Part shown: one piece after another, positions 60,555-64,000 of the stretch
Layout: the number at the start of each line of letters is the position of its first letter
Position numbering within the stretch: the first letter of the stretch is position 1
Assembly: GCA_030390025.1 (NCBI GenBank)
Contig: JASTWF010000048.1
Coordinates: 868,001-932,000, forward strand
Length of the DNA stretch: 64,000 nt
DNA from: Squalus acanthias
Taxonomy: Eukaryota
Direction of reading: 5' to 3'
Position numbers and translations under genes: made by a program
Notes under the pieces: model-generated
Seen by the model: the letters and a program-made list of their open reading frames with translations, nothing else
Databases searched by the model: none
Told to the model about the DNA's origin: nothing

Positions 60555-61335
60555 GATCTAAGAACATAAGAAATCCAAGCAAGTCTTGGCCGTTCGGCAC
60601 CTAGAGCGTGCTTCGCCATTCAATGGGGGATCTTCTACCTCAAATCCACTTAGCTGCCTGATCCACATATCGCTGATTCCCTGAATATCCAAAAATCTAT
60701 CGAACTCTGTTTTGAATATCCTCAACGACTGAGCCTCCACAGCCCTCTGGGGTAGAGAATTCCAAAGATTCACCACCTCCTGAGTGAAGAAATTTCTCTT
60801 CATCTCAGTCCTAAATGGCCGACTCCTTATTCTGAGACTCTAACCCCTTGTTCTAGACTCCCCAGCCAAGGGGAACATCCTCACTGCATCTAACCTGCCA
60901 AGCCCTGTAATTTTATATGTTTCAATCAGATCACCTCTCATTCTTCTAAACTCTAGAGAATACAGACCTAGTCTACTCAATCTCTCCTCACACGTCAATT
61001 TCCGCATCCTAGAAACCAATCTGGTAAACCTTCGTTGCACTCCCTCTATGGCAAGTATATCCATCTTTAGGTAAGGAGAGCAAAACTGTACACAATACTC
61101 CCGGTGTGGTCTCACCAGGGCCCTATATAATTGCAGTAAGACGTCTTTACTCTTATACTCGAATCCTCTTGTAATAAAGGCCAACATATCATTTGCTTTC
61201 CATATAGCTTGCTGTACCTGCATCTTAACTTTCAGCGATTCGTGTACAAGAACACACAGGTCCCTCTGAACACCAACAGTTTCTAATCTATCACCATTTA
61301 GAAAATACTCAGCTTTTCTATTTTACCGACCAAAG
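60555..61335 (-). mobile_element. CR1-like LINE 3' fragment
   Basis: ORF 60840-61223 LGLYSLEFRRMRGDLIETYKI. Confidence 0.88.
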
Positions 61336-62024
61336 CGGATAAAGAGCGAAACTATTACCTCTGGTGGCGGGAGCTGTGAAGAAGTTGGGCATAACAACAT
61401 TAGAGTTAGGCCGTTCCGGGGTGATGTCTGGAAGCACTTCTTCAGACAAAGGGGAGTGGAAATCTGAAACTCTCTCCTCCAAAAACGCTTTCGAATTCGT
61501 CGGCGGGGTGGGTGAATTGAAAATTTCAAAGCTGCGATTGGTTGATTTCTCTTCGGCAAGGCTATTAAAGGTTACGGAACCAAGGTGGGTATACAGAGTT
61601 ATGATACAGATCAGCCATCATCGAAAAATAATTGCTCGAGGGGATGAATGGCCTAATCCTGTCCCTTTGTTCCCACATATTCGGAGCCCAGATATAAAAC
61701 AACTGGTTCACTTTATTAGATCGACAGATAATACAAGCACGTTATACGTCGACACATTAACTAATATCAATTGGGTCATCCAAGTACAAACCAACGCAGG
61801 AGACCTTTTAGCAGGAACACCAAAGAAGCACTGAAAGTGCGCCTATTTGTATACCTAGATAGACAATATCCGTTGACGTGCTCCAGACCTATCCAGCCTG
61901 CCGTTGTTTTCATGTGATCATTATGTGAGATATGCTAGTACACCGGCAGATGGCGATGACCGCCCACATACTCTTCCCTTCTCACTGGAATTCGTATATA
62001 ATTTATGTAGAAGATACTTATTAC

Positions 62025-62785
62025 ATAATAACTTTAGCAACAGTTGGAGCAGGAGTAGACCACACGACCCCTCGAGCTGCTCCGACATTCAATAAGATCA
62101 TGGCTGATTTTCTGCCTCGACTGCACTTTCCCGCTCGTTTCCCAAATCGTGTAATTAACTTATTGTCCATACATTTATCGATCTCAGTGCTGAATATACT
62201 CAACGATTGCGCATCCACAGGACTCGGGAAGAGATTTCTAAAGATTCACAAGGCTCTTAGCGAAGAAGTATCTCCTAATCTCAATTCTAAATGGCCGACC
62301 ACTTATCCTGAGACAATGGTCCCCAGTCCTACACTCTGCAGCCAGGGGAAACAGCCTCTCTGCATCTACCCTGTCAAGCCCTCTAAGAATTGTATCGGTT
62401 TGAATGAGATTACCTCTCATTCATCTAAACTCCAGAGAACATATAATCTACTCAATCACTCATCATAGGACAACCCTCTCATTGCAGGAATCAATCTAGT
62501 GAATCTTCGTTGCACCACTTCTAAGGCAAGTATATCCTTCCTTCGGGAGGAAGACCAAAACTGTACACTGTACGCTAGATGTGGTCTCACCAAAGCCGTA
62601 TATAATTGCAGCAAGACTTCCTTACTCTTATACTCCCACCCCGTTGCAATAAAGGCTAACATACCATTTGCCTTCCTAATTACTTGCTGTATCTGAAGTT
62701 AACTTTCTGCGATTCGTGTAGAGGGACACCAAAATCCCTTTGAATACCAACGTCTCTCGCCTTGTAAAAATATTCTGCTTTTCAA
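62025..62785 (-). mobile_element. CR1-like LINE 3' fragment
   Basis: ORFs 62238-62420 and 62456-62662 are RT C-terminal remnants. Confidence 0.85.
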
Positions 62786-63234
62786 TGGCATCAAAATCTC
62801 ACCTCATTATTCTCCTGCCGAATCCTAACAACCTAATCTACACCATGTGTTCGCCTCGATCCAACGGAATACCCTCTCATAATAGGAAGAAATGATTTGG
62901 AATTTACAGCAAAGATCAAGGCCATTCGGCCGAACTAGTGTGTGTCGGTTTTTATGCTCCACATGAGTCTCCTCCCACCCGACAACAATAGGAAAAAACT
63001 GCAGATGCACGAAATCTGAAATAACAGAAAGTGCTGGACACACTCAGCAGGCTAGGCAGCGTCCGTGGAGAGACAGACAGAGTTAACGTTTCAGGGCTGT
63101 GACAGTTCCTCAGAGCTGGAAAAAGTTAGAGATGTAACAGGTTTTAAGCAGGTGCAGCGGCAGGGAAAGGGGGAGGGGCAGAAATAACAAAGGGGAGAGT
63201 CTGTGATAGGGTGGAAGGCAGGAGTGGTTAAAAG

Positions 63235-63860
63235 TTGCAAATGGGGATGGCAGAATCAGCAACAGCTGCCATGTGAAAAACTGGGGCCGGGGTAATAGCC
63301 TGCAATTGTTGAACTCAATATTGAGTCCAAACTGCTGTAAAGTGCCTCATCGAAAGATGAGGCGCTGTTCCTCGAGCTTACGTTGAGCTTCATTGGAACA
63401 GTGTATGAGGCCGAGGACGGTGAGATCAGAGTGGGAGTGGAGTGGAGAATTAAAGTGACTGGCGACCGCAAACTCGGGCTCACCCTGACAGAATGAACAG
63501 AATTGTTCCGCAAACCGATCACCCAATCTGCGTTTGGACTCCCCAGTGTAGAGGAGACCGCATTGTGAGCAGCGAATACAGTATACTAAACTGCATGATG
63601 TACACGTGATTCGCTGTTTCACCTGGAAGGAGTGTTTGGGCACTGGCTGTGGGAAGGGAGGAGAGTTGCATCTCCTCCGCTTGCATAGGAAGGTGCGGTG
63701 GGGAGGGGAGAGGCTGTTGGGGGTGATTGAGGAGTGGACCAGCGTGTCCCGGAGGGTGCGGTCCCTTCGGAATGCAGAAAGGGGAGGTGAGGGGAAGACG
63801 TGTTTGGTGGTGGGATCATGCTGGAGGTGGCGGGAATGGCGGAGGATGATCCTCCCAACC
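63235..63860 (-). mobile_element. Penelope-like element fragment (GIY-YIG endonuclease)
   Basis: TCTSCSLVYCIRCSQCGLLYTGESKRRLGDRFAE..VASHFN..LEEQRLIFR. Confidence 0.85.
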
Positions 63861-64000
63861 TAATTCATCTCACCCTATTAACATATCAACGAATAGTGAC
63901 TTCTCTATAATTATGCCCTTTTCTTTCATATCATACACTATCCTACACTGTGTAGTTATCTAAACCTCCGTGCAGACCCCAGGGACCAATAGGGCACTAC

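Overview
Vertebrate genomic DNA, almost certainly from a shark or ray (HE1/V-SINEs, DeuSINE-like elements, CR1/L2/RTE/Penelope debris). It holds part of a germline T-cell receptor beta variable (TRBV) array. I find 13 V segments, all on the + strand, each with a leader exon, a phase-1 intron, a V exon and a 23-bp-spacer RSS, plus one V relic and several orphan promoter/leader remnants. No D, J or C segment was found. The Vs fall into five families (my labels): A (V1, V3, V5) and B (V2, V4, V6) both end in CAWS like mammalian TRBV30 and lie in a ~6.1-kb triplicated unit; C (V7 plus the relic); E (V8, V12); D (V9, V10, V11, V13; V10 and V11 in a 6.64-kb duplication). Eight look intact, one is open but has Trp41>Cys, two carry stops, and two carry single-base frameshifts that may be assembly errors. 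Most notable: co-oriented CTCF-like sites tied to a recurring V-promoter cassette; the V-beta decamer and bZIP-ETS composite promoter motifs; a foreign Arg/Ser-rich exon-like insert whose apparent splice donor is amplified into a ~100-copy 20-bp minisatellite; and MITEs carrying promoter motifs and a 14-nt micro-exon. V and RSS coordinates were read base by base. Repeat boundaries are approximate, and no database search was possible.
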